A DNA stretch of 64,000 bases from Bacteroidales bacterium (GCA_016290295.1 JAEETJ010000001.1:160883-224882), one strand, 5' to 3'; positions 19,173-28,140 are shown, numbered from the stretch's first letter. Numbers and translations: made by a program. The notes: generated by a model from the sequence alone, not told the origin.

Positions 19173-20036
19173 TTATCTTCTTTTGAACAAAGCGATCAGC
19201 TCTTTTACATAATCGCGATCGGTATAGAAATCGGCCACATCCACCCCCACCTTCCTGAACAGTTCGGCATTATTTTCCTGCTGTTTCTTCCACCAGTGCT
19301 CGTAGGCCATACGGGTCAGCCTGTCGGAAGTGTCTGTGAGCACATATTTGCCAGTTTCAGGATCTTTCAGCTGCATCAAGCCCAAATCGGGCAGTTGCGA
19401 CTCGCCACGGTCCATCACATGCAAAGCCACAATATCATGCTTCTCTGAGGCGATCTTCAGTGCCTGCTCGAAATCACAATTCACAAAGTCGGAGATAACA
19501 AAAGCGGTGCATTTCTTTTTTATGGCGTTGGTGAGATAGCGCAACGGTTCGGCCAAATCAGTCTTGACCTGTGAGGGTTTATAATCCACTAACTCGCGGA
19601 TAATACGCAAGATATGCGAACGGCCTTTCTTCGGCGGAATGAACTTCTCCACCCTATCGCTAAAGAAAATCACACCTACTTTATCGTTATTATTGATAGC
19701 GGAAAACGACAGTACAGCTGCCAGCTCCGTAATCAGGTCGGCCTTAAACTCGTTGCGGGTGCCGAAAAGGTTGGAGCCGCTCACGTCGATGAGCAGCATG
19801 ACCGTCAGCTCACGTTCCTCCTCGAAAATCTTGACGTACGGGTGGTTCAGACGGGCGGTCACATTCCAGTCGATAAAGCGCACATCATCACCATACTGGT
19901 ATTCGCGCACCTCGCTGAACGCCATACCACGCCCTTTAAACGCACTATGGTACTCGCCCGCAAAAATCTGCTGCGACAGCGCCTTGGTGCGGATTTCTAT
20001 CTTTCGAACTTTCTTTAGTAATTCCGTTGAATCCAT
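19173..20036 (-). CDS. DUF58 domain protein (vWA-like, MoxR partner)
   Basis: DUF58 signature EVREYQYGDDVRFIDWNVTAR and a vWA-like LLIDVSGS; sits immediately downstream of moxR. Confidence 0.85.
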   Translation of the reverse strand: MDSTELLKKVRKIEIRTKALSQQIFAGEYHSAFKGRGMAFSEVREYQYGDDVRFIDWNVTARLNHPYVKIFEEERELTVMLLIDVSGSNLFGTRNEFKADLITELAAVLSFSAINNNDKVGVIFFSDRVEKFIPPKKGRSHILRIIRELVDYKPSQVKTDLAEPLRYLTNAIKKKCTAFVISDFVNCDFEQALKIASEKHDIVALHVMDRGESQLPDLGLMQLKDPETGKYVLTDTSDRLTRMAYEHWWKKQQENNAELFRKVGVDVADFYTDRDYVKELIALFKRR

Positions 20037-20073
20037 GTTTTAAGCTTAGTGGTTTTGTATGGTTAGAAGGGTT

Positions 20074-20153
20074 GGGGGGAGTCTCACTTCGTTCAAGGGG
20101 AGTTGGATGCACGCATCCAAAGGGGAGTCTCGCACTTTGTGCTCGAGGGGAGT
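20074..20153. repeat. GGGGAGT-framed mini-hairpin array (solo copy)
   Basis: GGGGAGTCTC..TCAAGGGGAGT-tGGATGCacGCATCC-AAAGGGGAGTCTC-GCACtttGTGC-TCGAGGGGAGT. Confidence 0.8.
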
Positions 20154-20159
20154 TTTTAT

Positions 20160-20258
20160 GATTACAAGATTACAGGATAATGAATTTTGAACTTTGAATT
20201 TTGAATTCTGAATTTCCCCATCCATTCCCTGATACCTGCTACCTTCTACCTGATCCCT
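20160..20258. repeat. concatenated low-complexity words (GATTACA, TGAAYTT, CTACCTG types)
   Basis: gattacaagattacaggataatgaattttgaactttgaattttgaattctgaatttcccc...ctgatacctgctaccttctacctgatccc. Confidence 0.7.
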
Positions 20259-20259
20259 A

Positions 20260-21255
20260 TTACGGAACTTCTACGGTATTCAAGATTTCGCTGATGATAT
20301 TGTCGCTGGTGATGTTCTCGGCTTCGGCCTCGTAGGACAATCCGATACGATGGCGCATCACATCGTGGCAGATGGCACGAATGTCCTCGGGAATCACATA
20401 GCCACGGCGTTTGATGAAAGCATACGCCTGAGCAGCCAAGGCCAGATTGATGGTGGCACGCGGAGAAGCACCGTAAGAAATCATGTTGGAAAATTGATCC
20501 AACTTATAATCAGCTGGATAACGGGTGGCGAATACGATGTCAGCAATATAGTTGGAGATTTTCTCATCAATATACACTTCTTTCACCACCTGACGAGCCT
20601 TAATAATGTCTTCCGGTTTCAGCACCGTGTTAGTTGTGGGATATTTGTTTTCCAGATGCTGGAACAGAATATCTTTCTCCTCAGCTTTCGAAGGATAGGA
20701 AATCACCACCTTCATCATGAAACGGTCCACCTGGGCCTCGGGCAGCGGATAGGTACCTTCTTGCTCAATGGGGTTCTGCGTAGCCATCACGAGGAAAGGC
20801 TCCTCCAGTTTGAAAGTCGTTTCGCCGATGGTCACCTGACGCTCCTGCATGGCTTCGAGCAATGCGCTCTGCACCTTGGCGGGAGCACGGTTGATTTCGT
20901 CAGCGAGGATGAAATTGGCGAAAATAGGGCCTTTTTTCACCACAAAGTTCTCATTTTTCTGACTGTAAATCATGGTACCAAGCAAGTCGGCAGGCAAGAG
21001 GTCGGGGGTAAACTGGATACGACTGAACTTGGCATCAATTACATTTGCCAAAGATTTGATTGCCAATGTTTTGGCCAAACCAGGAACACCTTCCAGCAGG
21101 ATATGACCGTTAGACAGCAAGCCTATAAGCAGACGTTCCACCATGGCCTTTTGTCCCACAATCACCTTGCCCATTTCCATGTTGATGATGTCAACGAAGG
21201 AACTTTCACGCTGAATGCGCTCATTCAATTCTCTAATATCAATTGTGCTATTCAT
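20260..21255 (-). CDS. moxR: MoxR-family AAA+ ATPase
   Basis: Walker A GVPGLAKT, Walker B ILADEINRA, and the typical IQFTPDLLPADLLG segment. Confidence 0.92.
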   Translation of the reverse strand: MNSTIDIRELNERIQRESSFVDIINMEMGKVIVGQKAMVERLLIGLLSNGHILLEGVPGLAKTLAIKSLANVIDAKFSRIQFTPDLLPADLLGTMIYSQKNENFVVKKGPIFANFILADEINRAPAKVQSALLEAMQERQVTIGETTFKLEEPFLVMATQNPIEQEGTYPLPEAQVDRFMMKVVISYPSKAEEKDILFQHLENKYPTTNTVLKPEDIIKARQVVKEVYIDEKISNYIADIVFATRYPADYKLDQFSNMISYGASPRATINLALAAQAYAFIKRRGYVIPEDIRAICHDVMRHRIGLSYEAEAENITSDNIISEILNTVEVP

Positions 21256-21315
21256 AGTATTTATAGTTGATTTTTCTCAATGATTACAAACGATTATTTC
21301 TATCGAAATATTTTA

Positions 21316-21323
21316 CAAAAGTA
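21316..21323 (-). promoter_or_regulatory. -7 box (tacttttg) for moxR
   Basis: Exact match to the consensus, with the ATTAGCAAAT array immediately upstream on the transcribed strand. Confidence 0.55.
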
Positions 21324-21334
21324 CAAAAATTTTC

Positions 21335-21384
21335 AATGTGCCAATGAAATTAGCAAATTAGTTAATTAGCAAATTAGTTAATGA
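21335..21384. repeat. ATTAGCAAAT word array
   Basis: caatgtgccaatgaaattagcaaattagttaattagcaaattagttaatg. Confidence 0.8.
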
Positions 21385-21385
21385 T

Positions 21386-21796
21386 TCAGAATAAATTTAT
21401 GGACATTAACTCCCGGCCAATACGATGAATTTCCGTTTGTATCTTTGAAACTTGTTTTTCAGACACATACTGTCCCTGCTTATATTGACGCATAAGCGAC
21501 GGATTAATCCCTGCCAATTGTGCGAATTTGGTGATATTCAAAAAATTGAAATGATGGAAAAAGGATGGCAAGTCATATTTGTACTCAAAAGACACACCTT
21601 GTAATTCTTCAGGTATCGTTTCTCCGTCTTCCTGATAAAATCTCAGCAATTCCGCCACAGAGTTCTCAAAATCTGATTTTGCCTCTGCCACTGTGGCACC
21701 TTCTCCGATAATGGTGGCTTCGATATCAGGAGTATAAACGCTGAAACTTCCATCTTTCCCCATCTCTATTAATGCTGTTTTCTTCTTGTTTTTCAT
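21386..21796 (-). CDS. hicB: HicB-family antitoxin with C-terminal HTH
   Basis: N-terminal HicB fold (IEMGKDGSFSVYTPDIEATIIGEGATVAEAKSDFENSV) plus a C-terminal XRE-like HTH (ITKFAQLAGINPSLMRQYKQG). Starts 15 nt downstream of the hicA stop. Confidence 0.8.
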   Translation of the reverse strand: MKNKKKTALIEMGKDGSFSVYTPDIEATIIGEGATVAEAKSDFENSVAELLRFYQEDGETIPEELQGVSFEYKYDLPSFFHHFNFLNITKFAQLAGINPSLMRQYKQGQYVSEKQVSKIQTEIHRIGRELMSINLF

Positions 21797-21811
21797 ATTT
21801 TTCCTAGTTCA

Positions 21812-21994
21812 TTAACATCCAATTTGTTTAAGTAATCTTGTGCAAAGTCCACGCTTCACCTCTTGACTACCATGTCGTTCTATATGAATGGTATATGTCT
21901 TTTCCGGGTGCCTATAAATGTCATGTTTGCTGCCATTACGCCACAAATACCATCCATTTTTTTCTGCCAATCTCCTCAATTCGTTCCATTTCAT
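21812..21994 (-). CDS. hicA: HicA-family mRNA interferase toxin
   Basis: MKWNELRRLAEKNGWYLWRNGSKHDIYRHP...IERHGSQEVKRGLCTRLLKQIG matches the HicA/YcfA layout of about 60 aa. The ORF opens at 22057, but I prefer the MKWNEL start. Confidence 0.85.
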   Translation of the reverse strand: MKWNELRRLAEKNGWYLWRNGSKHDIYRHPEKTYTIHIERHGSQEVKRGLCTRLLKQIGC

Positions 21995-22084
21995 TTCCTT
22001 TTGAAATTTCGCTGCAAATATATAACTTTTTTGCAATATATCCACATGGTTCAACAATTATTTTCTACTACATCAAAATGCTTG

Positions 22085-22092
22085 CAAATATA
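22085..22092 (-). promoter_or_regulatory. -7 box (tatatttg) for hicA-hicB
   Basis: Exact match to the consensus. It abuts a perfect 10-bp inverted repeat. Confidence 0.55.
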
Positions 22093-22124
22093 CAAATAAT
22101 TTTATGTATTCAATAATTATTTGT
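22092..22124. promoter_or_regulatory. perfect 10-bp inverted repeat acaaataatt-N13-aattatttgt; candidate HicB operator
   Basis: The reverse complement of 22092-22101 equals 22115-22124. The repeat spans the spacer and -33 region of the hicAB promoter. Confidence 0.4.
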
Positions 22125-22149
22125 AATATTTTTATATATAGTGTAATTT

Positions 22150-22600
22150 TGCAGAATATGATTGCATAGGCTTAAATGTTGCTTTTCCGCGGTGACCTCG
22201 TTTTGTACTTCGGCGCACATAACACCAGCACCGCGGTGGAAATAACGGGATAACACCAACATCTATTGATATTGAACCCTCTTCGAGGGTAGTATAGAGG
22301 GCTGTGTTCGTGCCTATGCGGTGGTTGCGGCTCCGCCGCAAATATAGGGGACAGGTTATAGGGGTCAGGTTGCAGTGATTAGATTGGGGAAAGGAAGTTG
22401 CTATTGATGAGCAAACACAACTGCAAAACGCAGATGCATACATACCTCTTCCGTGCGTGGGCAATGCCGACATGCGGTGCGGAAGCGGTGTGAATGAACG
22501 GCCTCCTACAGCGGCGTGCAAAAGCGCGTTAGCGTCCAGTTTACTTTTGCCGCCGCTGTCAGAGGGCGGACAGAGCGGGCGGCATTCATGTCGGCGAAGA
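22150..22600 (-). repeat. GC-rich multi-hairpin composite (H1, H3 and nested long helices), downstream of recG
   Basis: H1 is accctc-ttc-gagggt (22276-22290). H3 is ccgcggtg-N34-caccgcgg (22187-22236). Nested helices pair 22466-22474 with 22587-22595 and 22508-22524 with 22544-22559. Confidence 0.7.
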
Positions 22601-22607
22601 TCTTTTG

Positions 22608-22635
22608 CATACTTTTCCATCTGTGGAAAAGTATG
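22608..22635 (-). terminator. 12-bp perfect hairpin just downstream of recG
   Basis: catacttttcca-tctg-tggaaaagtatg, 7 nt after the recG stop. No clear U-tract. Confidence 0.45.
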
Positions 22636-22641
22636 AGAATT

Positions 22642-24759
22642 TCAACTTATCATGCCCCAGAAGACATTCTTCCGCATCAGCTCGGCGAGATGACGGGCGA
22701 TAGGAGCGTTTTGAGGCTTGGACAAGTCAGGGTCGTTGTCGAGCAGGCTCATGGCCAAGTTGCGGGTGTACACCACCAATTTCTCATCCCGTATCAAGTC
22801 GGCCAACTTGAAATCAAGGATACCACTTTGCTGCGTACCCTGCAAATCACCGGGGCCTCGCAACTTGAGGTCGATATTGGCAATCTCAAAGCCATCGTTG
22901 GTAGAGACCATGGCATCGAGGCGTTGCTTGCTCTCAGTGGTCAGTTTGTTACCCGACATCAGGATGCAGTACGACTGCTCGCCGCCACGTCCTACCCTGC
23001 CGCGCAGCTGGTGCAGCTGCGACAGACCGAAACGCTCGGCATTCTCCACCACCATCACCGTGGCATTGGGTACATCGATGCCCACTTCTATCACCGTGGT
23101 AGAAAGCAAAATCTGAGTTTCATTCTTGATAAAGCGCTGCATCTCGAAATCCTTCTCTTCGGGCTTCATCTTACCATGAACAATACCCAAAGCATATTCT
23201 GGCAACGGGAAGGCCTGCGACATGGCCTCATAACCCGCCATCAGGTCCTGCAAGTCCATTTTTTCTGACTCCTTGATGAGGGGATAAACCACAAACACCT
23301 GTCGGCCTTTGGCGATTTCCTTTTTCAGGAAACCATTCAGACGCAACCTGTCCTTCTCGAAATAATGGGCTGTGATAATCGGCTTACGTCCTTTGGGCAA
23401 CTCATCGATCACCGACAAATCCAAATCGCCATACAAAGTCATGGCCAAGGTTCTCGGAATCGGCGTGGCAGTCATCACCAAAATATGAGGAGGTATCAGA
23501 TTTTTCTTCCACAACTTGGCGCGTTGCTCCACTCCAAAACGATGCTGCTCATCAATCACCACAAAACCCAAGTTCTTGAACTGCACCTCATCTTCAATCA
23601 AGGCATGAGTACCAATCAAAATATCCACCTCACCATTACGCAAACCTTCATGTATTTCACGGCGTTTAGCGGTTTTGGTTGAGCCGGACAGAAACTCGAC
23701 ACGCATATCCATGGGTGCTAACATACGCTTTACCGTCTCATAATGCTGCGTAGCCAAAATCTCGGTTGGCGCCATGAGGCACGACTGAAAACCATTATCC
23801 TTGGCTATCAGCATCAGCAGCAAGGCCGTGATAGTTTTACCACTGCCCACATCGCCTTGTAGCAAGCGGTTCATCTGTCTTCCGCTGCCCATATCCGCCC
23901 GAATTTCCTTGATAACACGTTTCTGCGCACCCGTCAGCGGGAAAGGCAAATAATTCTTATAGAAAGTATTGAAATAGTCGCCCACCACCGAAAAAACATG
24001 ACCTTTGTATTTCTGAGAGGTCAGCAATTTCAGCTTCAGCAGTTTCAACTGGGTAAAAAACAATTCGTCGAATTTCAGCCGCAACTGAGCGTTAGAAAGG
24101 GCTTGCATATCGGCCGGATAATGGATATTACACAGGGCATCTTTCAGCGGCATCAACTTGAGATGCTGAAGAACATCCTCTGACAAGCGTTCCCTGATTA
24201 CATCCTTCACTTGTGGCAACAGCGACATCACCAATTTTGAAATCGCCTTAGAATCCATTCCAGCACGCTTGGCCTTATCGGAGGTGTTATACAGTGGCTG
24301 GAAATTGGTCGGCACCAGCGACTGTGGCTGGTTTTTGGGGTCTATAAGCTCCGGATGAGTGATATTCCAGTGGCGGTTGAATTGCGTCGGCTTGCCGAAA
24401 ACAATGAACTCGCGGTTTTCTTTCAGCAAGTCCTGCACCCATTTGATACCGTTGAACCAAACCAGCTCGATAGAACCGGTATCATCCACAAACTGCGCCA
24501 CCAAACGCTTGCCTCGTTGCTGTCCCACCAGCTCGCAATGGACGATATTTCCTTTCAGCTGAATATAGGCTCCTTCCGACTGAATATCAGCAATTTTATA
24601 AATTTTCGATTTGTCAATATGACGATAAGGATAATACAACAACAGGTCTTCAAAAGTGAAGATATTGAACTCCTTCCGCAGCACATCCGCACGTTTCGGA
24701 CCCACTCCTTTCAGGAATTCAATAGGGGTTTGAAGAAGGTCAACCTGTATGTTCATCAT
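22642..24759 (-). CDS. recG: ATP-dependent DNA helicase RecG
   Basis: Wedge/OB N-terminus, helicase motifs GDVGSGKT, DEQHRFG, MTATPIPRT and QLHQLRGRVGRG. Start at MMNIQ, because the upstream ATG lies inside the -7 box. Confidence 0.93.
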   Translation of the reverse strand: MMNIQVDLLQTPIEFLKGVGPKRADVLRKEFNIFTFEDLLLYYPYRHIDKSKIYKIADIQSEGAYIQLKGNIVHCELVGQQRGKRLVAQFVDDTGSIELVWFNGIKWVQDLLKENREFIVFGKPTQFNRHWNITHPELIDPKNQPQSLVPTNFQPLYNTSDKAKRAGMDSKAISKLVMSLLPQVKDVIRERLSEDVLQHLKLMPLKDALCNIHYPADMQALSNAQLRLKFDELFFTQLKLLKLKLLTSQKYKGHVFSVVGDYFNTFYKNYLPFPLTGAQKRVIKEIRADMGSGRQMNRLLQGDVGSGKTITALLLMLIAKDNGFQSCLMAPTEILATQHYETVKRMLAPMDMRVEFLSGSTKTAKRREIHEGLRNGEVDILIGTHALIEDEVQFKNLGFVVIDEQHRFGVEQRAKLWKKNLIPPHILVMTATPIPRTLAMTLYGDLDLSVIDELPKGRKPIITAHYFEKDRLRLNGFLKKEIAKGRQVFVVYPLIKESEKMDLQDLMAGYEAMSQAFPLPEYALGIVHGKMKPEEKDFEMQRFIKNETQILLSTTVIEVGIDVPNATVMVVENAERFGLSQLHQLRGRVGRGGEQSYCILMSGNKLTTESKQRLDAMVSTNDGFEIANIDLKLRGPGDLQGTQQSGILDFKLADLIRDEKLVVYTRNLAMSLLDNDPDLSKPQNAPIARHLAELMRKNVFWGMIS

Positions 24760-24777
24760 CGTGCTGATTTGAAAATA

Positions 24778-24785
24778 CAAAAATA
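24778..24785 (-). promoter_or_regulatory. -7 box (tatttttg) for recG
   Basis: Exact match to the consensus, 19 nt upstream of the ATG at 24759. Confidence 0.55.
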
Positions 24786-24812
24786 CAGCTTTTTGTTGAA
24801 TTGTTGATTTTT

Positions 24813-24872
24813 TTAACTAAGAACTAAGAGTTAAAAGTTAAGAATTCTTAGTTCTTAATTCTTAGTTCTTAA
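24813..24872. repeat. TTAAGAAYTAAGA-word hairpin centred on gaattc
   Basis: ttaactaagaactaagagttaaaagttaagaatt / cttagttcttaattcttagttcttaa. Confidence 0.8.
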
Positions 24873-24873
24873 T

Positions 24874-24945
24874 TTCATTGGCACATTAGCACATTGTCTT
24901 ATTCGCACATTTGCTAATTAACTAATTTGCTCATTTGCTAATTAT
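24874..24945. repeat. ATTAGCACAT / ATTTGCTAAT word array (self-complementary arms)
   Basis: tcattggcacattagcacattg...cacatttgctaattaactaatttgctcatttgctaatta. Confidence 0.8.
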
Positions 24946-24951
24946 TTTTCG

Positions 24952-24959
24952 TATCTTTG
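24952..24959 (+). promoter_or_regulatory. -7 box (tatctttg) for the DUF1015-uvrC operon
   Basis: Exact match to the consensus, preceded by the ATTTGCTAAT array. Confidence 0.6.
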
Positions 24960-24993
24960 CCAGCAGAATTTATCAACCTTAAATATAATTATT

Positions 24994-26265
24994 ATGTCAG
25001 TTATCAAAGCTTTTAAGGGATTACGTCCTCCCAAAGAAATCGTAGAAAAGTTAGCCTCACGTCCCTACGACGTGCTGAACTCCGAAGAAGCCCGCAAGGA
25101 AGCCGAAGGCAATCCATACAGCCTGTTGCACGTCACCAAGGCTGAAATCGACCTGCCCGTTGGCACCGACGAGCACTCTCCCGAAGTATATCTTCAGGTG
25201 GTGAAGAACTTCAACAGCTTCAAGGATTATGGCTGGCTGAAACGCGATGAGGAAGACAAATTGTATATCTACGCTCAAAGCATGAACCCGAAAGATGCCG
25301 ATGCTCACTGGCAGTATGGTATCGTGGCTTGCGCTTACAGCGAAGACTATGTCAACAAAATCATCAAGAAACATGAGCTTACCCGTAAGGACAAAGAGGA
25401 AGACCGTATGAAACACGTGCGCATCACCAATGCCAATGTGGAACCCGTTTTCTTCGCATATCCCGCTGTGGATGAAATCGACGCTATCGTGAACAACATC
25501 GTTCGCCACGAAGCTCCCGAATACGACTTCATCGCCAAGGAAGACGGCTTCGGCCACCGTTTCTGGGTCATCAACGACAAGGCTACCATCGCCCGCTTGG
25601 TTGAGCTGTTCGCCACCAAGGTTCCCGCCATGTACATCGCCGACGGTCACCACCGTAGCGCTGCCGCCGCATTGGTAGGACAGGAAAAGAAAGAGCACAA
25701 CCCGCACCACACTGGCAAAGAGGAATACAACTTCTTCATGACGGTGATCTTCCCCGACAATCAGCTGAAGATTATCGACTACAACCGCGTAGTGAAAGAC
25801 CTCAACGGCCTCAGCAAGGAAGACTTCCTGAATGCGTTGAACAAAGCATTCGTAGTGGAAGAAATGGGTACTGAAATTTACAAGCCCGCTAAATTGCACG
25901 AGTTCAGCATGTACTTGGATGGCAAATGGTACAAGATGACCGCTAAGGAAGGCACTTACGATGATAACGATCCTATCGGTGTATTGGATGTGAAGATTCT
26001 GAGCGACCATGCTTTGGACGCTGTGCTCGGCATCAAGGACCTCCGTACCGACAAGCGCATCGACTTCGTAGGCGGTATCCGTGGTTTAGGCGAACTGAAA
26101 CGCCGCGTGGACAATGGCGAGATGAAAGTGGCTTTCGCCCTCTATCCCGTATCCATGCAGCAGCTGATCGACATCGCCGACTCTGGCAACATCATGCCTC
26201 CGAAGACCACCTGGTTCGAACCGAAACTGAGATCAGGCTTGGTGGTTCACGAACTGAACGCCTAA
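24994..26265 (+). CDS. DUF1015 family protein
   Basis: Characteristic N-terminus (IKAFKGLRP..ASRPYDV) and the ADGHHR motif; 423 aa. Confidence 0.8.
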   Translation: MSVIKAFKGLRPPKEIVEKLASRPYDVLNSEEARKEAEGNPYSLLHVTKAEIDLPVGTDEHSPEVYLQVVKNFNSFKDYGWLKRDEEDKLYIYAQSMNPKDADAHWQYGIVACAYSEDYVNKIIKKHELTRKDKEEDRMKHVRITNANVEPVFFAYPAVDEIDAIVNNIVRHEAPEYDFIAKEDGFGHRFWVINDKATIARLVELFATKVPAMYIADGHHRSAAAALVGQEKKEHNPHHTGKEEYNFFMTVIFPDNQLKIIDYNRVVKDLNGLSKEDFLNALNKAFVVEEMGTEIYKPAKLHEFSMYLDGKWYKMTAKEGTYDDNDPIGVLDVKILSDHALDAVLGIKDLRTDKRIDFVGGIRGLGELKRRVDNGEMKVAFALYPVSMQQLIDIADSGNIMPPKTTWFEPKLRSGLVVHELNA

Positions 26266-26270
26266 TTAGG

Positions 26271-26332
26271 GATCAGGTTTCAGGTTACAGGTGACAGAAA
26301 AAACTGTAACCTGACACCTGTAACCTGTAACC
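26271..26332. repeat. CAGGTNN-word imperfect hairpin between DUF1015 and uvrC
   Basis: I aligned the arms by hand and 20 of 27 positions pair. The loop is aaaaaa. Confidence 0.8.
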
Positions 26333-26339
26333 TACTAAA

Positions 26340-28118
26340 ATGGAAAGTGGTGAGAAGATATCTCTGATTTTGAAGAGCCTGCCCGACAAGCCGGGGGTTT
26401 ATCGTTTTTTCGACGACGAAGGAACCATCATTTATGTCGGCAAGGCTAAGAAGCTCAAACGCCGCGTATCGTCGTACTTCAACAAGCAACACGACAACCG
26501 GAAAGTGCGGGTGATGGTCTCCAAAATCAGGGATATCCAAACCACAGTCGTCAACAGCGAATGGGAGGCTTTGCTGTTGGAAAACAGCATGATCAAGGAG
26601 TACAAACCCCGCTACAATATCATGCTCAAGGATGACAAGACTTATCCTTGGTTAGCCGTCTCCAAAGAAGATTTCCCCCGCATTTTTTCCACCCGTAATC
26701 CCGACAAAAACACCATGCAGCTGTTCGGGCCGTATGCCTCTGTGCATTACCTGAACACCCTGATGGATACCATCCGGGAGCTGTTTCCGCTACGCACTTG
26801 CCGCCGACTGACGCAGAACAGCCGTCCCTGCATCCAGCACCAAATCGGGAAATGCCCCGCCCCTTGCGCCAAACTCATCAGTAAGGAGGACTATCAGGAG
26901 GAAATCAAAAGCATTATCGACATCATCAAGGGCAATAGCAAGATTGTGCAGCAGAAGCTGAAAGACCAGATGATGAAATATGCTGAAAACTGGGAGTTTG
27001 AGAAAGCCCAGGTCGTCAAACGGAAATTGGAGGTGCTTGACAATTATATCGGCAAGTCGGTGGTCGTGAACCCCGCCCTCACGCAATTGGATGTGCTGTC
27101 GTTGGATACCGACGAAGAAAGCGGTTACATCAACTTCCTGCGCATTATGAATGGGGCGATTATTCAGTCTTATACTTTCGAAATCAATAATAAATTAGAT
27201 AAGACTGAAGAAGACCTGTTGCTGACGGGCATGCTGACGGTGGAAGACAAATTTGGGCCGCTATTTTCCGATGTGGTGGTGCCCTTTATGCCTGAATTGG
27301 TTCCCGAAGGCACCAACTTCATTGTGCCGCAGCGTGGCGACAAATACAAACTGCTGGAACTCTCTCACAAAAACGCCCAGTATTATAAATTAGAGAAGAA
27401 AAAACGCCAAGAGTTGGTGGATCCCGAGCGACGCCATCTGCGTGTGCTGACTGCCCTGCAGAAAGCCCTCAACATGGACAAGCTGCCACGGCGTATCGAG
27501 TGTTTTGACAACTCCAACACCCAAGGCGAAGAGCCGGTGGCCTCGATGGTCTGCTTCATCGATGGCAAACCCGCCAAGAAAGAATACCGCCATTTCCTCA
27601 TCAAAACCGTGGTCGGCCCTGATGACTTTGGTTCGATGGAAGAGGTGGTTTATCGCCGCTACCACCGGCTTCTGGAAGAGGGCAAAGAGCTGCCCGACCT
27701 GCTGATGGTGGATGGTGGCAAAGGCCAGCTCCATGCGGGTTACAGTGCCCTGAAAGCCCTGCATATCGAGGACCAGCTGATGATTATCGGTATCGCCAAA
27801 AGATTAGAGGACATTTACAAAGTGGGAGATGAGCTGCCCACTTTTATCGACAAGAAATCGGAAGCACAGAAGCTGCTGCAACACCTGCGCGACGAGGCCC
27901 ACCGCTTCGGTATCACGCATCACCGTAAGCGCAGGGCCAAACACAGCATCGCCTCGCGCTTGGACGAGATTCCCGGCATCGGCGAGGTGCTGAAAAACAA
28001 ACTGCTCACCCACTTCAAGAGTGTCAAAAACATCGAGAATGCCAGCGTAGAGGAGTTGGCAGCGGTCATTGGTTCGGCAAAGGCCAAAACGGTGTCGGAG
28101 GCTTTATCCCAGAAATAA
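26340..28118 (+). CDS. uvrC: excinuclease ABC subunit C
   Basis: GIY-YIG (PGVYRFFDDEGTIIYVGKAKKLKRRV), a UVR domain, an endonuclease V-like domain, and a C-terminal (HhH)2 (IPGIGEVLKNKLLTHF). Confidence 0.93.
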   Translation: MESGEKISLILKSLPDKPGVYRFFDDEGTIIYVGKAKKLKRRVSSYFNKQHDNRKVRVMVSKIRDIQTTVVNSEWEALLLENSMIKEYKPRYNIMLKDDKTYPWLAVSKEDFPRIFSTRNPDKNTMQLFGPYASVHYLNTLMDTIRELFPLRTCRRLTQNSRPCIQHQIGKCPAPCAKLISKEDYQEEIKSIIDIIKGNSKIVQQKLKDQMMKYAENWEFEKAQVVKRKLEVLDNYIGKSVVVNPALTQLDVLSLDTDEESGYINFLRIMNGAIIQSYTFEINNKLDKTEEDLLLTGMLTVEDKFGPLFSDVVVPFMPELVPEGTNFIVPQRGDKYKLLELSHKNAQYYKLEKKKRQELVDPERRHLRVLTALQKALNMDKLPRRIECFDNSNTQGEEPVASMVCFIDGKPAKKEYRHFLIKTVVGPDDFGSMEEVVYRRYHRLLEEGKELPDLLMVDGGKGQLHAGYSALKALHIEDQLMIIGIAKRLEDIYKVGDELPTFIDKKSEAQKLLQHLRDEAHRFGITHHRKRRAKHSIASRLDEIPGIGEVLKNKLLTHFKSVKNIENASVEELAAVIGSAKAKTVSEALSQK

Positions 28119-28140
28119 GAATAAATAATATTGCTGCCTG

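Noticed and set aside
22132-22620. 162-aa minus-strand ORF and an overlapping 250-aa plus-strand ORF between recG and hicA.
   Set aside because: Both translate nested GC-rich palindromes into Cys/Arg/His/Pro-rich sequence with no motifs. There is no promoter box. The segment is shared with the repeat family at 17967-18016.
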